A stretch of DNA of 64,000 nt from Tubiluchus corallicola (Eukaryota > Animalia > Priapulida): the NCBI GenBank assembly GCA_030141605.1, contig JAQGDQ010000043.1, forward strand, positions 124,001-188,000, written 5' to 3'. Each line of letters begins with the position of its first letter. The first letter of the stretch is position 1. The translations under genes and the position numbers were made by a program. Positions 39,701-52,628 of the stretch are shown here, piece by piece. The notes below the pieces were generated by a model that did no database searches, was not told the origin of the DNA, and saw nothing but the letters and a program-made list of their open reading frames with translations.

Positions 39701-42700
39701 GCCACAGACAGATGTTCATAAAATGCAGCAGTAGAATTAGTAGTTACCTGAAATAGGGAAGAAAGTGTTGGAGAAATAGCACTAATTACCTTCTGAGTTG
39801 AACACGAGGGCTGGTTTTTGGGCAAATTTGGGCAAGACACTTTTAGAAGAGCAGAAGCAATTAACATATTTCCTGGTGCTATTATACAACTTGGAAAATC
39901 AGATGACAATGTTGTATCTGAACCTACTGAACTAGGCCCACAGTGACTAGCATTTATCATTGCTTCCTGCAATTCACCAACTGCAGATACTGCAATAACC
40001 GAATCTCCTTTTGTCGGGGAAACAGAAGTTCTTTTTGATGAGTTGTCAGTACAAAAATTTGGCATAGCATTCACATTTTGACTAGTATTTTCTGTCATTT
40101 GAAAAATATCACTGCATTTGTTAGACAATAAAGTGTTGCTAGCTTCACCTGAGAAAAAAGTGGAATAAGAGTTCCTATTTGAACACGAAATGCTGGAAAG
40201 ACTATTTGTAACAGAAGTAGGACACTGTGTAATGGCCATTACTTCAGAACATTTATGGAAATTCGATTCCCTACTAATAGATGGCACTAACGACAGCATT
40301 GAAGATACAGTCTTACTAGACTGATTCATGCTGGCTGTTGTGTACAAAATATCAAAATGTCTTTTTATCATCATTTCTTCAGCAGCAGGCAATCTGTTAG
40401 TCGAGGTACAGACACTATTCTCCTTGGATTCTGCAGAGTTTCTACTCAACTTTCCTGATGTCTTTTTTGAGACAGTTTGTGAAATTAATGCGAGCGGTGG
40501 CATTCCTGTCACACGAGTGGCAGTTTTTGTTGGAAGTGAACCAGACTTTGATCTCCGCGTGCCTATAATTTGTAGTATTGGTATCTTACTTTTTTTAGCA
40601 TCAGTCTTGGCAGGTTGCTGAAATACTTGCTTACAATGCACAATGCTAGAAAAGTGTGTAGTATTCGATGTATTTATCATTGATTTAGGTGCTGAAAGAA
40701 CAAAAGCTTTATCATTGTTATTTGCAGAGGAAATTTTAGTCTCACTGTCTAAGAAAACACAAGTACTTGAAGCTGCAGGTTTATTTAAATGCTTAGTTGT
40801 TATGCATGGTGTGCAAGTGAGAACTTCAGGAGCGGTCCACTTGTAACAATCTGAAGAAGTTGTGACTAGAGATGTCACAACAGAGGATGGCAACACAGGT
40901 ACAGGTGTTACAATATATTGCATTGAAACAGGTGTGGAAGCTGTACTACCTGCTAACACACTAGGAGCTGATGCTGCCAGAGATGAAGCTATGACAGGAA
41001 TGGGTACCCTAGACGAAGCAGTTAGTAATGATAACGCAGCTGAAGATGTCACAGACTTCGAGGGTAAGGTAAAAAAAGATCCCACAGACACTGGTTGAGG
41101 ATGCCTATTATCTAAACTTGGAGGTATGGTGTGACCCTGCATAACACAGTGCCGGCGCAGAGAGAACTTGCGAGAAAACAACCCATTACAATCAATGCAC
41201 CTGAGCAAGTTTTGGCAAATGCGCTCATGAGTTCTGTGGAGTGAGATTGAAGCAAACATCTGACTGCACTTCCCACACTTAAAAATCTTCTCACCTGAAT
41301 AGATGCAAAAATGTGACAAAATTAAATAAAAACACATTAACATTTAATGCTCTGATTTCTGATCCTATATTAATCAAGGAAGAGTTTTTAGACATGTCAG
41401 AAATCATTTCTATAGTTTCACACTATTCCTGAGTAGAAATGATCATTCTAAATTTTTACTAGGGCTTAACTTTGTAAAAAACTTCAAATTCATTTGGCTA
41501 GCCATTAAAAGACTTCGAAAAACTGTTGGGAGGAGAACTGCAACCATTTTTTTTATTTTAACTGACTAAGAATGATTAACAATACTCTCATTCAATTGAC
41601 AAATTTGATAAAGAAGTGTATTTTACATAGACTTACCATGTACATTCACATAGTGAGCTTTTAAACTCTGCATTGACTTCAGATATTTCTGCTCAAAGTA
41701 GATACATGAGTTATCAGGACAATGGTATGCTCTCACTACTCGCTCATGTTCGTCATCCTTGCACTGGTCTTTCTTGCTTTGAAACAATCTCCTGTCAATA
41801 TCATTCTTTATTTGTCTAAATAAAAATCATCATAAAACTTGTTAAAATTCAGCAAAAGCTAGCTTTTATGCTATTTCCTTAAATACAATGCAGTGGCAAA
41901 GTGCAGGTACAAAACTACTAGAAAAACTTCTAAGATATTACAGTTGTCTTTATTACTCAGTAAAAAAATAAACACTTAATGTTGTTGTAGTAGCTGTAAC
42001 ATTAACCTAAGTTAAGTTTTAGAAATATTGTAATAGACTTTTAGTAGCAGAAGCAAGTAATGTCCTGAATTATTTTTGGCTACCCATCTCACACATAAAC
42101 AGGTAGTACGTTTTTTCATATACAAAAAGTGTGGTACAAAAATAAATTACAACAAGCAGTTTTACCCTACAAGATAAATAAACTTGTGCCATTAATTTCC
42201 AAACTGTAAAACTCATGTTTAGAAGTTTTACTTAAAGTTAGAGAAACAGCCATAGTTTTAAACTGATGCAAACTGACTGTTTTTTAACTTGTTAGGCACC
42301 CTAACAAGTTAGGGCCGCCACATTGTTTATACCATTACATCAGTGCAACCAAGCAGCACGTGTGTAGCTTGTATGTCTGAAGCAGCCCGTACTAGATGTT
42401 TTTGAAACAATTACGTGATTGATTCTACATTGTTGTAAGTCTGATACCCGGCGTCTACTGCGTTAGCTTAGCATCGGTAAATACGTACAATCGGCAAATT
42501 CAGACCGATGTCTCCCAACTTTTGTCTGGCAAACCGAGATATTGGCGTATATATAGAAAATTAATGATTTATGTAAAGAACACAAACTTCCATAGTAATG
42601 CAAACTTTAAAATACCACTATACTACATGTCTGACACAATACAACTTAAAATAATTATAGCCATAAAAAGCAATTTTAATTTGAAATACCTATGAGTTTT

Positions 42701-42844
42701 CACAAGATGCATGCGCAAACTAGACTGATAAGCAAATATTTTTCCACAGTGTGGGCAACTTGGCCTGTCTTGATTTGCATTAGTTAAGAAGGCACTGCTT
42801 TTGACCAATTCAGTCTGATCAGGTCTTACTCTGATAATCTCCAT
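35518..42844 (-). CDS. ATMIN: ATM interactor / ASCIZ (C2H2 zinc fingers plus LC8-binding TQT repeats); complement join(35518..36722,37879..37995,38125..38284,39067..41294,41637..41815,42690..42844), 1347 aa
   Basis: Four fingers: CPHCGKIFAYQSSLRMHLVKTH, YHCPDNSC..LKAHYVNVH, GEKIFKCGKC..HRTHERIC and CIDC..SLRRHCVMQGH, matching the ASCIZ pattern. The C-terminal region has more than 10 TQT motifs (METQT, VETQT, SYTQT). Introns are GT-AG and the CDS is 4044 nt in frame. Confidence 0.9.
37879..37995 (-). CDS. ATMIN: ATMIN exon 5
   Basis: ttgcag|EILNKNCS..HMETQTDSS..NS|gttagt. Confidence 0.85.
38125..38284 (-). CDS. ATMIN: ATMIN exon 4 (basic, NLS-like)
   Basis: tgttag|DSVLTAQLKRTKQRP..KFRRQEKPKRFKAR..GGSSS|gtaatc; phases fit both neighbours. 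Confidence 0.75.
39067..41294 (-). CDS. ATMIN: ATMIN exon 3 (fingers 3-4 plus long Ser/Thr-rich region)
   Basis: Within ORF 39061-41343; attcag acceptor and AAG|gtatag donor. Confidence 0.88.
41637..41815 (-). CDS. ATMIN: ATMIN exon 2 (finger 2)
   Basis: RQIKNDIDRRLF..YHCPDNSCIYFEQKYLKSMQSLKAHYVNVH|gtaagt. Confidence 0.9.
42690..42844 (-). CDS. ATMIN: ATMIN first identified coding exon (finger 1)
   Basis: MEIIRVRPDQTEL..CPHCGK..LRMHLVKTH|gtattt. The ATG is 2 nt after a ttttacag acceptor, implying an upstream exon. Confidence 0.88.
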
Positions 42845-43429
42845 CTCTGTAAAAAAAAATTGTTTTATGCACTGAAAGTTTTTATGATACAGTTAATGTA
42901 TTAATGTACATGTGTAATTTACAAATAAAGGCAAAGTTGACATAAGTTTGCTTTGAAGCTAAGTAAAGCGCCAATCAGATGATGAACCTGAGTAAGTAAC
43001 AATCATGTGTCCATTTTCCTATCAGTTTGTGCAGTCTACCTGCTTTCATTGAAATAGCTGAGTGGTCATGATGCTACAGGATTAGTCAGCAACAAGCCTG
43101 GTTAGTGAATGGATGACTGGCAGCTAAGAAAGTTGCCTGCGGATTGCAGACTGCTCTTGAGAAAAAATTGTAGGTAGGCTATACTCCTCACTTATCACTG
43201 TACTTCTAATCATTGCTCACAAAATCACATTAATTTTAGATGCGTTTATGCTGTTGGTTGTCTAACTCTCTGCTGACAAGATATTCTGTGGTTCTAATGA
43301 TCTGTCATACTCATAATACATAATAATACACAACACATTTTACTGTGTGATAAATGTTTAAACTCAATACATAAAAAGCACAAAAAATATTTATAAAATT
43401 GATTACTACAGTCACCGTTAATAATATCA

Positions 43430-44570
43430 AATTATTTTACAAATTATGATACAAGTGTCTGTCATATCTTTCCTTAAAAGCATTTGTACTGAGAGCCAAC
43501 ACTATATGCTCAGGTAAGCTGTTCAACAGACAAACAGTTCTATTTTACTAAAAAAGAACTTTCTTGGATTATAATGTGCCCTATGAATTTCACGAGTAAG
43601 ACAGCGTCATCGTAAGCCAGGATAAGGATCTAAATTTGAACATTGTTTCATAATTTACATTATTATAACACTGAACGAATTTGAAGACCTCAATGAGATC
43701 GCCTCTTATTCTATGATCTTCTAATGACGTAAGTTTTAACTCATTCATCCTCACACCAACAAGGGAAGTCTTTTAACTCAGGAACTAGTTTTGTGGTATG
43801 TCTGTGAACCTTTTCTAATGTATTTTTATCTTTCTGTAGATAGGGTGCCCAGTATCCCAGTACACAGTATTCCAAATGAAGTCTCACAAATTTCTTATAC
43901 AGTGTTAACAGATATTCCTTAGTAAGGTAAGTAAAAGTTCTTTTAATCATGCCTAAAATCATGTTAGCTTTCGCAGCTGCTTTACTGATATGCATAGAAA
44001 AACTCAATTATCTATAACAGTTAAATCAAGGTCTATTTCATGAATTATATTATTATTTCATACCCATCCATACAGTAATTACATTTGGGATCAATTTTAC
44101 TGACATGTAGAACTTTACATTTATCTCTACAAAACTCGAGTAACCATTCATCTGACCATTTTGTGAACTCTGTTAAATTATTACTAATTGTGGTACTATC
44201 TAAGCATGACAATACTGGATGATGGCTTTTGTATCATCTGCAAAAATTTTGCTTTTAATAGACAGAGAAGCATGCAAGTCATTAATAAACAACAAAAATA
44301 AAACTGGGCCAATCACAGAGCCTTGAGGCATGCCCAGAGTTATGCTAGCCCAGTCAGAAGTTATTTTAATAACTACAAGCTGTTTCCTGTCTCTCAAGAA
44401 ATCTTCAACCCTTCTTAGTATGTTGTCTGTAACTCCGTACTTATAAAGCTTATAAATAAACCTACTATGGGGAGCAGTATCGAAAGCCTTTTTGAAATCT
44501 AAATATATTACATCAAATGGCAGTCCATATCATACATACTTGTCGACTCATCAAATGTTGTTATCATAGC
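43430..44570 (-). mobile_element. Decayed CR1-clade LINE (RT to 3' end)
   Basis: 'YLDFKKAFDTAPH', 'GMPQGSVIGPVLFLLFIND', 'KIFADDTK' and 'KANMILGMIKRTF..VRLHLEYC..WAPY..LEKVHR'; frameshifted. Confidence 0.88.
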
Positions 44571-45627
44571 AGATCAAGAAAATAACTCACTTTTTGAGGT
44601 TTAGCAGGTACAATTTAGCATGTATAAGCAGAATCTAGGCACTGCAATCCGTCACTACTGCTCATGATGCATCATTCATGAGGTTTTCTATGAATGTGCT
44701 CTCTTAACCCCTAATCATGACAGTATTTCTCAAATCTAGAGTTGTATTTGATCTTTTTTATATATCTACAAGTTATCTATGTTTATATAGGTCAGTAACT
44801 GACATACTCTCAACTTTTCTACATAATGCTCTACTATAAAAGGAGTTTCCAGAAGAAGTCTTCATATATGACCAAAGCAGCCAAATCCCAAATATAGGGC
44901 ACAGAGTATGCCACTAGAAAAAGTAGGACACTTCTGCTAAAGCGCATGTGCTAAATTTGTGAAAAAGCAGTGTCGTACGCAGGTAGCCCAAGTAAGACAA
45001 TGGCGATTTCTGTTGAGAATCTATAATTATGACATAACAAAACCTAAAACTAAATTTGTTTCAAAAAAAGTAACTTTCTAATAACGATGGATAGTCCGTG
45101 ACGGTTTACAAATGCATTTTTTTACAATAATATCATCATCATTATTAGCTCCATTATATCATCATAACATCTAAGACAGATGTTAAAGAGAGAAGCTACA
45201 AAGGGCACATAGCTCTCTGGCCCATTTACTTAGTAGAAAACAATTATTTGACCAAGATGTAGTGAAATGTATCACCCACACCTGTATGTGAAGCGAGATA
45301 AAATAAAAAGTGATATACCATAAGCAAATGTTGGCATCTTCTAAAAAGCAGGCTTATTTCACTTCAAAAATTTAATATTGGCCATTCTTCTAGCTCAGAA
45401 TGAGATTCTTCTATTTTATCAGAAGTATAATAAGTTATTCAATGTGTATTGACATTTTCAATTACTAACTGTTTGATAACGTACGCTGCCAATACGGTTA
45501 ACGACTCAATTTGTGACCTGTCTCTAATGTCCTACTTGGGCAGCCCATGTACGACGCATCCTACTTGAGCTTGCCCGTGTACACCAATTGTCCTACTTCG
45601 GCTAGTGCCTATCCTGCTCTCAACACC

Positions 45628-46803
45628 AAATACGAGCATTCAGTCATTCATCCAACGAATCATACGTCCAGGGACCTGATTCTGTTCACTTCCCTATGCC
45701 AGGACTCTCTACTCGCTGAAATGCCCTAAGTGCATTTAACTCTAAGGACCAGTCCTGAAGTATTTAAATCTTTCTATGCAAAATCTAAATATGTTAACAT
45801 TTGTTTAAAGTTAAAAGTTTTTTAGCTGTTCTATAGCTTGTTGAAGAGCTATCTTCACTGGAATATCATCACGTAGTCTAAGCATATGCACAATCCATCT
45901 TAAATGGCATCTTTTTATTTTTATTTTCCAAGGTTCTTTTATTTTTTCATATAGATCTTTATTTGAGATTTTATTTAGCCATCTGATACGCAAAGAGTTT
46001 CTGTAATTCTGCCTTTGAAACACATTGATTTCCTTTTAATGTCCAGAGCTCAGAGTTGTACAGAACTACAGTTTCAACTAAGGCCGAGAATATTCAAATT
46101 TCTGTTTCCAAAGAAATCTTCCTAATTCGCAAATACGAGCATCATCCAATGAATCATACATCCATGGACATGATTCTGCTCACTTCCCTATGCCAGGACT
46201 CCCTGTTTTTTTAAATATGAGCATCATCATCCAATGAATCACATTGTCCTGTTAAATTAGAAGTACATTGTACAGCAAGATCAGGTCCTATTCTTCATAA
46301 ATCAAGAACTGCACACAAAACTGGTAAATACGACTATTTTTCTTGTACGATGCCAGAAATCTGGAATAGATTGCCCTGTGATGTGAGAACAGCAACATCT
46401 GTAAATTTATTTAAATCAAAATTAGATAGACACTATGAACATCATCCATTGAAATTTAATCACATTGGAACATGCCTATAACAAGGATGCTGGATTACAT
46501 ATTATAGTGAGAAAGCTTGCCAGTGGAGTCACCTAGGTGTTGATGACAATCTATTGAATGTTGATGACAATCTATTGAATGTGCAATTTGTCGCAATTAC
46601 AGTCGAAGAACTATTTGTCTCAAAAGTTATATTATAACTACTGGAGATTTACTACTACTACACGTCCAGTGACATGATTCTGCTCACCTCCCTATGCCAG
46701 GACTCCCCCCTGCTGGCCGCAATGCCCCAAGTACATTTAAATGATTTATTTCTAAGGATCAATGCTGAAGTGTTTAAATCTTATAAAGCTTAAATACGAG
46801 CAT
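45628..46803 (-). mobile_element. Three head-to-tail 3' fragments of an RTE-like LINE separated by AAATACGAGCAT copies
   Basis: ORF 45811-46023 (LRIRWLNKISNKDLY..LRWIVHMLR) is RTE-like C-terminal sequence. The shared block TGATTCTG.TCAC.TCCCTATGCCAGGACTC occurs at about 45678, 46170 and 46675. Confidence 0.7.
46242..46660 (+). mobile_element. CR1/L2-like LINE 3' fragment nested in the third RTE-like copy
   Basis: 'YFSCTMPEIWNRLPCDVRTATSVNLFKSKLDRH' is a CR1-type C-terminus, ending in an (ACT)n tail at 46651-46660; the host repeat resumes at 46661. Confidence 0.7.
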
Positions 46804-46804
46804 T

Positions 46805-46937
46805 CATCATCATTATATGCCCATTACATCTATTGTAGACACTGGGCAGGCAGAATAGCCCGTCACGTCTATTGTAGACATTGGGCAGGCAGAATTCTAA
46901 AATAAAAGAAATCTGCCTTCAGGCAGGTAAACGTAGC
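46805..46937 (-). mobile_element. 3' fragment of the SINE family seen at 14365-14677
   Basis: CATCATCAT..TCTATTGTAGACATTG..TTCTAAAAT..AAATCTGCC..GTAAAC matches 14366-14454, with an internal duplication of TCTATTGTAGACA.TGGGCAGGCAGAAT. Confidence 0.65.
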
Positions 46938-48257
46938 TTTGGTGTTTTGCTTTACGGCAATACGAGAAACCTTGCAGAGCGATTGCAACGACTAACGATC
47001 TATAAAGATTTTGTCTATTGTGCTGAAGCGAGATGCGTTAGAAAGACGAAAACGTTCAAAAAGAATAAATGGCGCAAAATGCCGGTTTACTGAAGATCCC
47101 GAGTGTTTATTAATATGTTTGGCCAGTGAACAGTTTGAGTTTGTGCAGGATATCATACAAGAACTGTAGTGAAGTGAGTCTAATAGCCTAATCCAGTAAC
47201 TGTACATAACTTATGTGCTTCGTTAAAATTAATGTTTGTGACCAGTATAACTTCAAGAACGAGAAAAGGCCCCATAAATTTTCTTTCATATATTCTATCT
47301 AAGTGTTAAGTGCATAAATTGAATGGGTGTTTATTTAAATCCATTTAATCTTGAACCAGTACAAAAATTACATCACCTTATTTTAATTTACTATTGTTTT
47401 TTTATTTAAATTCAGTTGGAACAGTTCTTTTTCGTATGAGTCTTAACACTTACAGCCAGTACAGTGTTTAACAATTCAAGTGTGTTTTAAAACACATTTA
47501 CTGAACTTGCTGATTATGTGCAAGTGATACTTGTTGTGCCCTGAATTATTTAATGTTTGTTATTTGCAGGACTACTAGCTGTAACATTAGTTTCTGGGAT
47601 GTGCAGACGTAGGGGATAACTTTATTGTTGGACTAGTAGTTTAGTTAGGCACTCACAGCACTTTTTCAAATGATGCGATTTTACAATTTATGACAACAAG
47701 CGTGCAGTAGTTGTTAAAAATTGATATAGATTGTTGGCTATTATTATAGTAACATAAATTATAAATTATTTTATAAAACAAATATTGCTACTTAAACAAT
47801 CGCAAAATAGTGCCTAGTCATTTCTGCTGTTTATATATTTATGTTTGCACATCTGTCTGCATATTTATTTATGCATACCAGATATATTATGAAGCATTTT
47901 TTTAACTTGTGACAACGTAAACTGATATTTAAGTTTTAGAGTACTCCTCGGGAATTGCCTTTCAACCATAGAGAACCACCACTTCTACTCTGTAAATACC
48001 TGTGTATCCACTATTTTCATTGCACACTGCACTCATCCTACCACCTGGTCCACCTTCACGCCTAATCACACAAGTGACGTGATTAATCTTCTTGTTATTT
48101 TCCTATCTGCTTGGATTACCGGTAGAAAGATAAAAATAATATGAGTAAAATGTTGTAGAAAAAACCGTTTAGGCAGGTTATTGCTGCCACACTTTATAAT
48201 TGTCATGATTTGATAAGTATGTTTTTATTTTTTATAGACTCAGATTTCTATTGCATC

Positions 48258-51200
48258 ATGGTGGGGAAGAAGAGTATAGCAGCTCCGACTGTTGACCAAA
48301 TGCAGCGAGATGTTTTGACTTATTTGGCAAGTAAATTTTGGCTTGGTGATCCAGCTATGAGAGCTCCTTTTGATGCTAAAATAATAGAAGAGGTTTATAA
48401 ACGAGATGTATTAAGCACACATTTTTCTACACAGCGCATAATGTTGCTCGAATTCAGCCAGTATCTCGAGAACTACTTGTGGCCAAATTATGATCCAGAC
48501 ACTTCTACTCTGGCACATTTGATGTCCATAATTGTGACAGTCAATGAAAAGGTTCGAGAGCGGGTTCCAGCATGGGTATGTTTTAAGGCGAAGCCCGACA
48601 AGTTCTCTGGATTTTTTCGCAAAATGATGGAAGCTAATTTGGCTGACTCCGAGACAGTTTCGCTTGAGGAAAAAACACACCTGATACTGTTTCTTACTAA
48701 CTGTATAAACAGTCTAGAGATAGACGTTATCCGAAAGGAGATTCAGAAGATTGTTTCACTGCACATTTGGGAATGTCTTCTTCCGGGACGATTAGAACAA
48801 GAACTGAAAGCAGTTCCAAAGCTTAGAAAAATTTGGAATGCCATCAGGAAAAAAGACACGAATGTTGATGACAGAACAAGATCAATACAGTCTTACGAAC
48901 GCCACTTTCTACATAAACTGATTCAGCAATTTTTAGAATTGTTGAATAGCTTAGGTGAGCAAATGGAGAAACCGAAAATTTTTTATTGCAGTCGGTTTAT
49001 GGAGTTGCTAGTAGGCATTGAAGCATTATTACACACACGGAGATTTTTTAACGTTCTTCTTGACAATTGTCATTTGATCACACACTGTACATTATCACCT
49101 TTGCGGTGGAGCCCGAATGGACATTTGTTCGATCAACTGCTAGATATGTTGAAGTTTTATGCTGGGTTTGAGATTAACGATCTGAGTGGGGAAGCACTAA
49201 CTGATCACGAAATGACAGATCTTCATTATAACAAGATAAATTCGTTACAAAAAGCTGCTTTCAAGCATTTCAACGAACTACGCTGTTTTTCACTGTCTAA
49301 TGTTGCAAGTGTCGACACACGTGAAAATTTGTTAAAACATTTTGGTATATTAAGCAGAGAAAAACTATACGAAATTGCTGCCTATTTGAACCTCTTACCA
49401 CCTATTAAAGAAGCAGATGTCTCTTCTTACTCCAAGGAGTTTCTGTTAGAATTGGTTATTTCACGTCATGAACGACGACCGTCTCAACTTGAGGCATTGA
49501 ATGAAATGCCTTTATATCCAACTGAGGACATTCTCTGGGATGAAAATATTGTTCCTACTGAGTACTTTACTGGCGAAAGTTGCCTAGCATTGCCGAAACT
49601 CAATCTTCAGTTTTTGACGTTGCACGACTACTTGCTGCGAAATTTCAATTTATTTCGTTTGGAAACAACGTACGAAATACGGCAGGATGTTGAAGATCAA
49701 GTACGCCGGTTGAGACCTTGGAAAGGTTCGGATAATCGCTCTTATTTTGGTGGTTGGGCAAGAATGGCTCAACCTATTCAAGGATTCAACATTGTTGAGG
49801 TGGCTAAACCAAACATCGGAGAAAAGCAACCAGCCAGTGTACGTGCTGATGTCACAGTTGCCTTGAATGTCCGCAAAGATGTAAAATTAGAGTGGGAATC
49901 ACTTAGAAAACACGACGTGGCATTTCTTGTAACCCTGCGCCCCACACTGCAAACGGGCACACCGTTTAATCTTCAGGAACCGTTTATACCCCAGGTTGGG
50001 CTGACATATGTGCGGGGATGCGAAATTGAGGGTATGCTAGATGAAGAAGGAAAAGTGATTGAGGAAGGTATTGGGCCAAAACCCGAGTTACCAGGTGATA
50101 TTCGAACATGGAGATTATGGCTTGACTGTAATCAGTATCAGATTGATATGGAAAATGCTTCAAAAGGGAAAGAAGATGTTTACGAGACCTTCAACATTTT
50201 TCTTCGACGCAAACCAAAAGAAAATAATTTCAAGGCAGTTCTAGAAACAATTAGAAATTTAATGAATACAGAATGTGTAGTTCCAGACTGGTTACATGAT
50301 ATCATTTTGGGATATGGTGACCCTGGTTCTGCACATTATTCAAAAATTGGGCGTGAAATTGTAACTATGGACTGGAACGATACATTCCTCAACTTCGACC
50401 ATCTAAAAGCCAGTTTTCCACAGTACAAAATTAGATGTTCTGTCACTGACGAGACGAGATGTGTACCACCATTTAGAATCACTATTCCTGCTGCCAAATC
50501 AGGTAAAAAACGTGAGCTGGATGGAGACAATACAAATGAAGATTCAGATGAAATCTTTGTGGAACCACACATTATTCCAAACCGAGGACCATATCCTTAT
50601 AACCAACCAAAAAGAAATTCTGTACCATTTACTCCAACACAAATAGAGGCTGTGAGGTCAGGAATGCAGCCAGGTCTCACTATGGTCGTAGGTCCTCCTG
50701 GTTCAGGTAAGACTGATGTAGCTGTGCAGATTATTTCAAACCTGTACCACAACTTTCCTGAACAGCGAACACTGATAGTTACTCATTCCAATCAAGCTTT
50801 AAATCAGCTGTTTGAAAAAATTATGGCACTGGACATTGACGAGCGGCACCTCTTGCGTCTTGGCCATGGAGAAGAGGCCTTGGAGACCGAGAAAGACTTT
50901 AGCCGGTATGGAAGGGTAAACTTTGTTTTGGCTAAGCGATTGGAATTATTGTCAGAAGTGGCACGTCTACAAGAAAGTTTGTGTGTACCAGGTGATGTGT
51001 CATACACTTGTGAAACTGCTGGGCACTTTTTCCTTTATCAAGTTCTTTCTCGATGGGAGGAATATCTGAGTAAAGTGAAACCAAAACCTGGAGAGGAAAC
51101 CAGTGTGGAAGCAATCAGGGAGTATTTTCCATTTGCAAAATATTTTGAAAATGCACCACAACCAATTTTTAAAGGGACTTCATACGAACAAGATATTGAC

Positions 51201-52628
51201 ATAGCTGAAGGTTGCTTTAGACATGTGAAGAAGATTTTTACGCAACTAGAGGAGTTTCGTGCATTCGAGTTGCTGCGAAGCGGGCTAGATAGATCTAAAT
51301 ATCTCCTTGTAAAAGAAGCAAAAATCATTGCGATGACGTGCACCCATGCTGCTCTGAAACGCCATGATTTGGTAGAACTCGGCTTTAAGTATGACAATAT
51401 ATTAATGGAAGAGGCAGCACAAATCCTAGAAATTGAAACTTTCATTCCTCTTCTTCTTCAGAATCCTGAAGATGGGTTTAGTCGTCTCAAACGGTGGATC
51501 ATGATTGGTGATCATCATCAGCTGCCTCCAGTTATCAAGAACATGGCATTTCAGAAATATTCCAACATGGAACAGTCACTGTTCACTCGATTTGTTCGGC
51601 TTGGTGTTCCTACCGTTGATCTTGATGCACAAGGCAGAGCTCGTCCAGAAATCTGCCAACTGTACAACTGGAGATATAAAAAGCTTGGAAACTTGCCTCA
51701 CATTCTTTCTTGGCCTGAGTATCTTGTTAGCAACCCGGGATTTTTTTTTGATGTTCAGCTTATCAATGTTGATGATTTTCATGGTATTGGCGAGTCTACT
51801 CCCAATCCGTACTTTTATCAGAACCTCGCTGAAGCTGAATACGCAGTTGCTATGTTCATGTATATGAGACTAATTGGTTATCCGGCTGAAAATATATCAA
51901 TATTAACAACGTACAATGGTCAGAAGCACTTGATTCGTGACGTTTTAGCTCAACGTTGCAGAAACAATCCACTAATAGGTCTGCCACTGAAAGTAACAAC
52001 AGTTGACAGGTACCAGGGGCAGCAAAATGATATAATTATTTTGTCGCTAGTTCGCACAAAAGCTATAGGACACATCAGAGATGTTCGACGATTAGTGGTT
52101 GCTATGTCTCGAGCACGACTTGGACTTTATATTCTGGCAAGAGTCAGTCTCTTTCGAAATTGCTTTGAACTTACACCGGCATTTAGTCAACTGTGTGAAA
52201 AACCATTGAAATTATACCTTGCGCCACACGAACGTTATCCGACCTCGCGGCCAACGGGTGTACCACCACTTGGGAATCCTTTGATCATTGAAGATATGCC
52301 GCACATGGCATCATTTGTATATGAATTTTATCTTGGACTTGTCGAGTCTCAGCATGCTAGTCGGACATTACTAAGAAAGCCATATGAACCTAAGACTAAG
52401 TCTGAAGAAGAATCAACAGAAAATGTCGGGGAAGGAACGAATGAGGAGGGACAGCATCACATTGAAACCAATGTTGGTAAAGAAGTGCCTCATCAGCATG
52501 TTGTGCACAGGCTGTCTGAACATCCAGCTGAGAGTGATAGTGATGATGATGATGGCAACAATGAAACTAATGATGATGGTGAGAGTAATAAAAACTTGAG
52601 TGGTAGGATTCAACCAGAAAGTCCCTAG
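48258..52628 (+). CDS. AQR: RNA helicase Aquarius (intron-binding protein, SF1/UPF1-like), 1456 aa, single coding exon
   Basis: N-terminal [23 protein letters not shown]; [27 protein letters not shown]; Walker A GPPGSGKT; [11 protein letters not shown]; IGDHHQLPP; [11 protein letters not shown]; VAMSRARLG. The ATG at 48258 follows a tttatag acceptor at 48237. Confidence 0.98.
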   Translation: MVGKKSIAAPTVDQMQRDVLTYLASKFWLGDPAMRAPFDAKIIEEVYKRDVLSTHFSTQRIMLLEFSQYLENYLWPNYDPDTSTLAHLMSIIVTVNEKVRERVPAWVCFKAKPDKFSGFFRKMMEANLADSETVSLEEKTHLILFLTNCINSLEIDVIRKEIQKIVSLHIWECLLPGRLEQELKAVPKLRKIWNAIRKKDTNVDDRTRSIQSYERHFLHKLIQQFLELLNSLGEQMEKPKIFYCSRFMELLVGIEALLHTRRFFNVLLDNCHLITHCTLSPLRWSPNGHLFDQLLDMLKFYAGFEINDLSGEALTDHEMTDLHYNKINSLQKAAFKHFNELRCFSLSNVASVDTRENLLKHFGILSREKLYEIAAYLNLLPPIKEADVSSYSKEFLLELVISRHERRPSQLEALNEMPLYPTEDILWDENIVPTEYFTGESCLALPKLNLQFLTLHDYLLRNFNLFRLETTYEIRQDVEDQVRRLRPWKGSDNRSYFGGWARMAQPIQGFNIVEVAKPNIGEKQPASVRADVTVALNVRKDVKLEWESLRKHDVAFLVTLRPTLQTGTPFNLQEPFIPQVGLTYVRGCEIEGMLDEEGKVIEEGIGPKPELPGDIRTWRLWLDCNQYQIDMENASKGKEDVYETFNIFLRRKPKENNFKAVLETIRNLMNTECVVPDWLHDIILGYGDPGSAHYSKIGREIVTMDWNDTFLNFDHLKASFPQYKIRCSVTDETRCVPPFRITIPAAKSGKKRELDGDNTNEDSDEIFVEPHIIPNRGPYPYNQPKRNSVPFTPTQIEAVRSGMQPGLTMVVGPPGSGKTDVAVQIISNLYHNFPEQRTLIVTHSNQALNQLFEKIMALDIDERHLLRLGHGEEALETEKDFSRYGRVNFVLAKRLELLSEVARLQESLCVPGDVSYTCETAGHFFLYQVLSRWEEYLSKVKPKPGEETSVEAIREYFPFAKYFENAPQPIFKGTSYEQDIDIAEGCFRHVKKIFTQLEEFRAFELLRSGLDRSKYLLVKEAKIIAMTCTHAALKRHDLVELGFKYDNILMEEAAQILEIETFIPLLLQNPEDGFSRLKRWIMIGDHHQLPPVIKNMAFQKYSNMEQSLFTRFVRLGVPTVDLDAQGRARPEICQLYNWRYKKLGNLPHILSWPEYLVSNPGFFFDVQLINVDDFHGIGESTPNPYFYQNLAEAEYAVAMFMYMRLIGYPAENISILTTYNGQKHLIRDVLAQRCRNNPLIGLPLKVTTVDRYQGQQNDIIILSLVRTKAIGHIRDVRRLVVAMSRARLGLYILARVSLFRNCFELTPAFSQLCEKPLKLYLAPHERYPTSRPTGVPPLGNPLIIEDMPHMASFVYEFYLGLVESQHASRTLLRKPYEPKTKSEEESTENVGEGTNEEGQHHIETNVGKEVPHQHVVHRLSEHPAESDSDDDDGNNETNDDGESNKNLSGRIQPESP

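Noticed and set aside
39263-41098. Plus-strand ORFs (acidic 130 aa and others) as an overlapping gene
   Set aside because: Antisense shadows of the Ser/Thr-rich ATMIN exon, with no domain or splice support.
48210-48257. ORF-track TTG start for AQR
   Set aside because: Contains a polypyrimidine tract and acceptor; similarity to AQR begins at the ATG at 48258.
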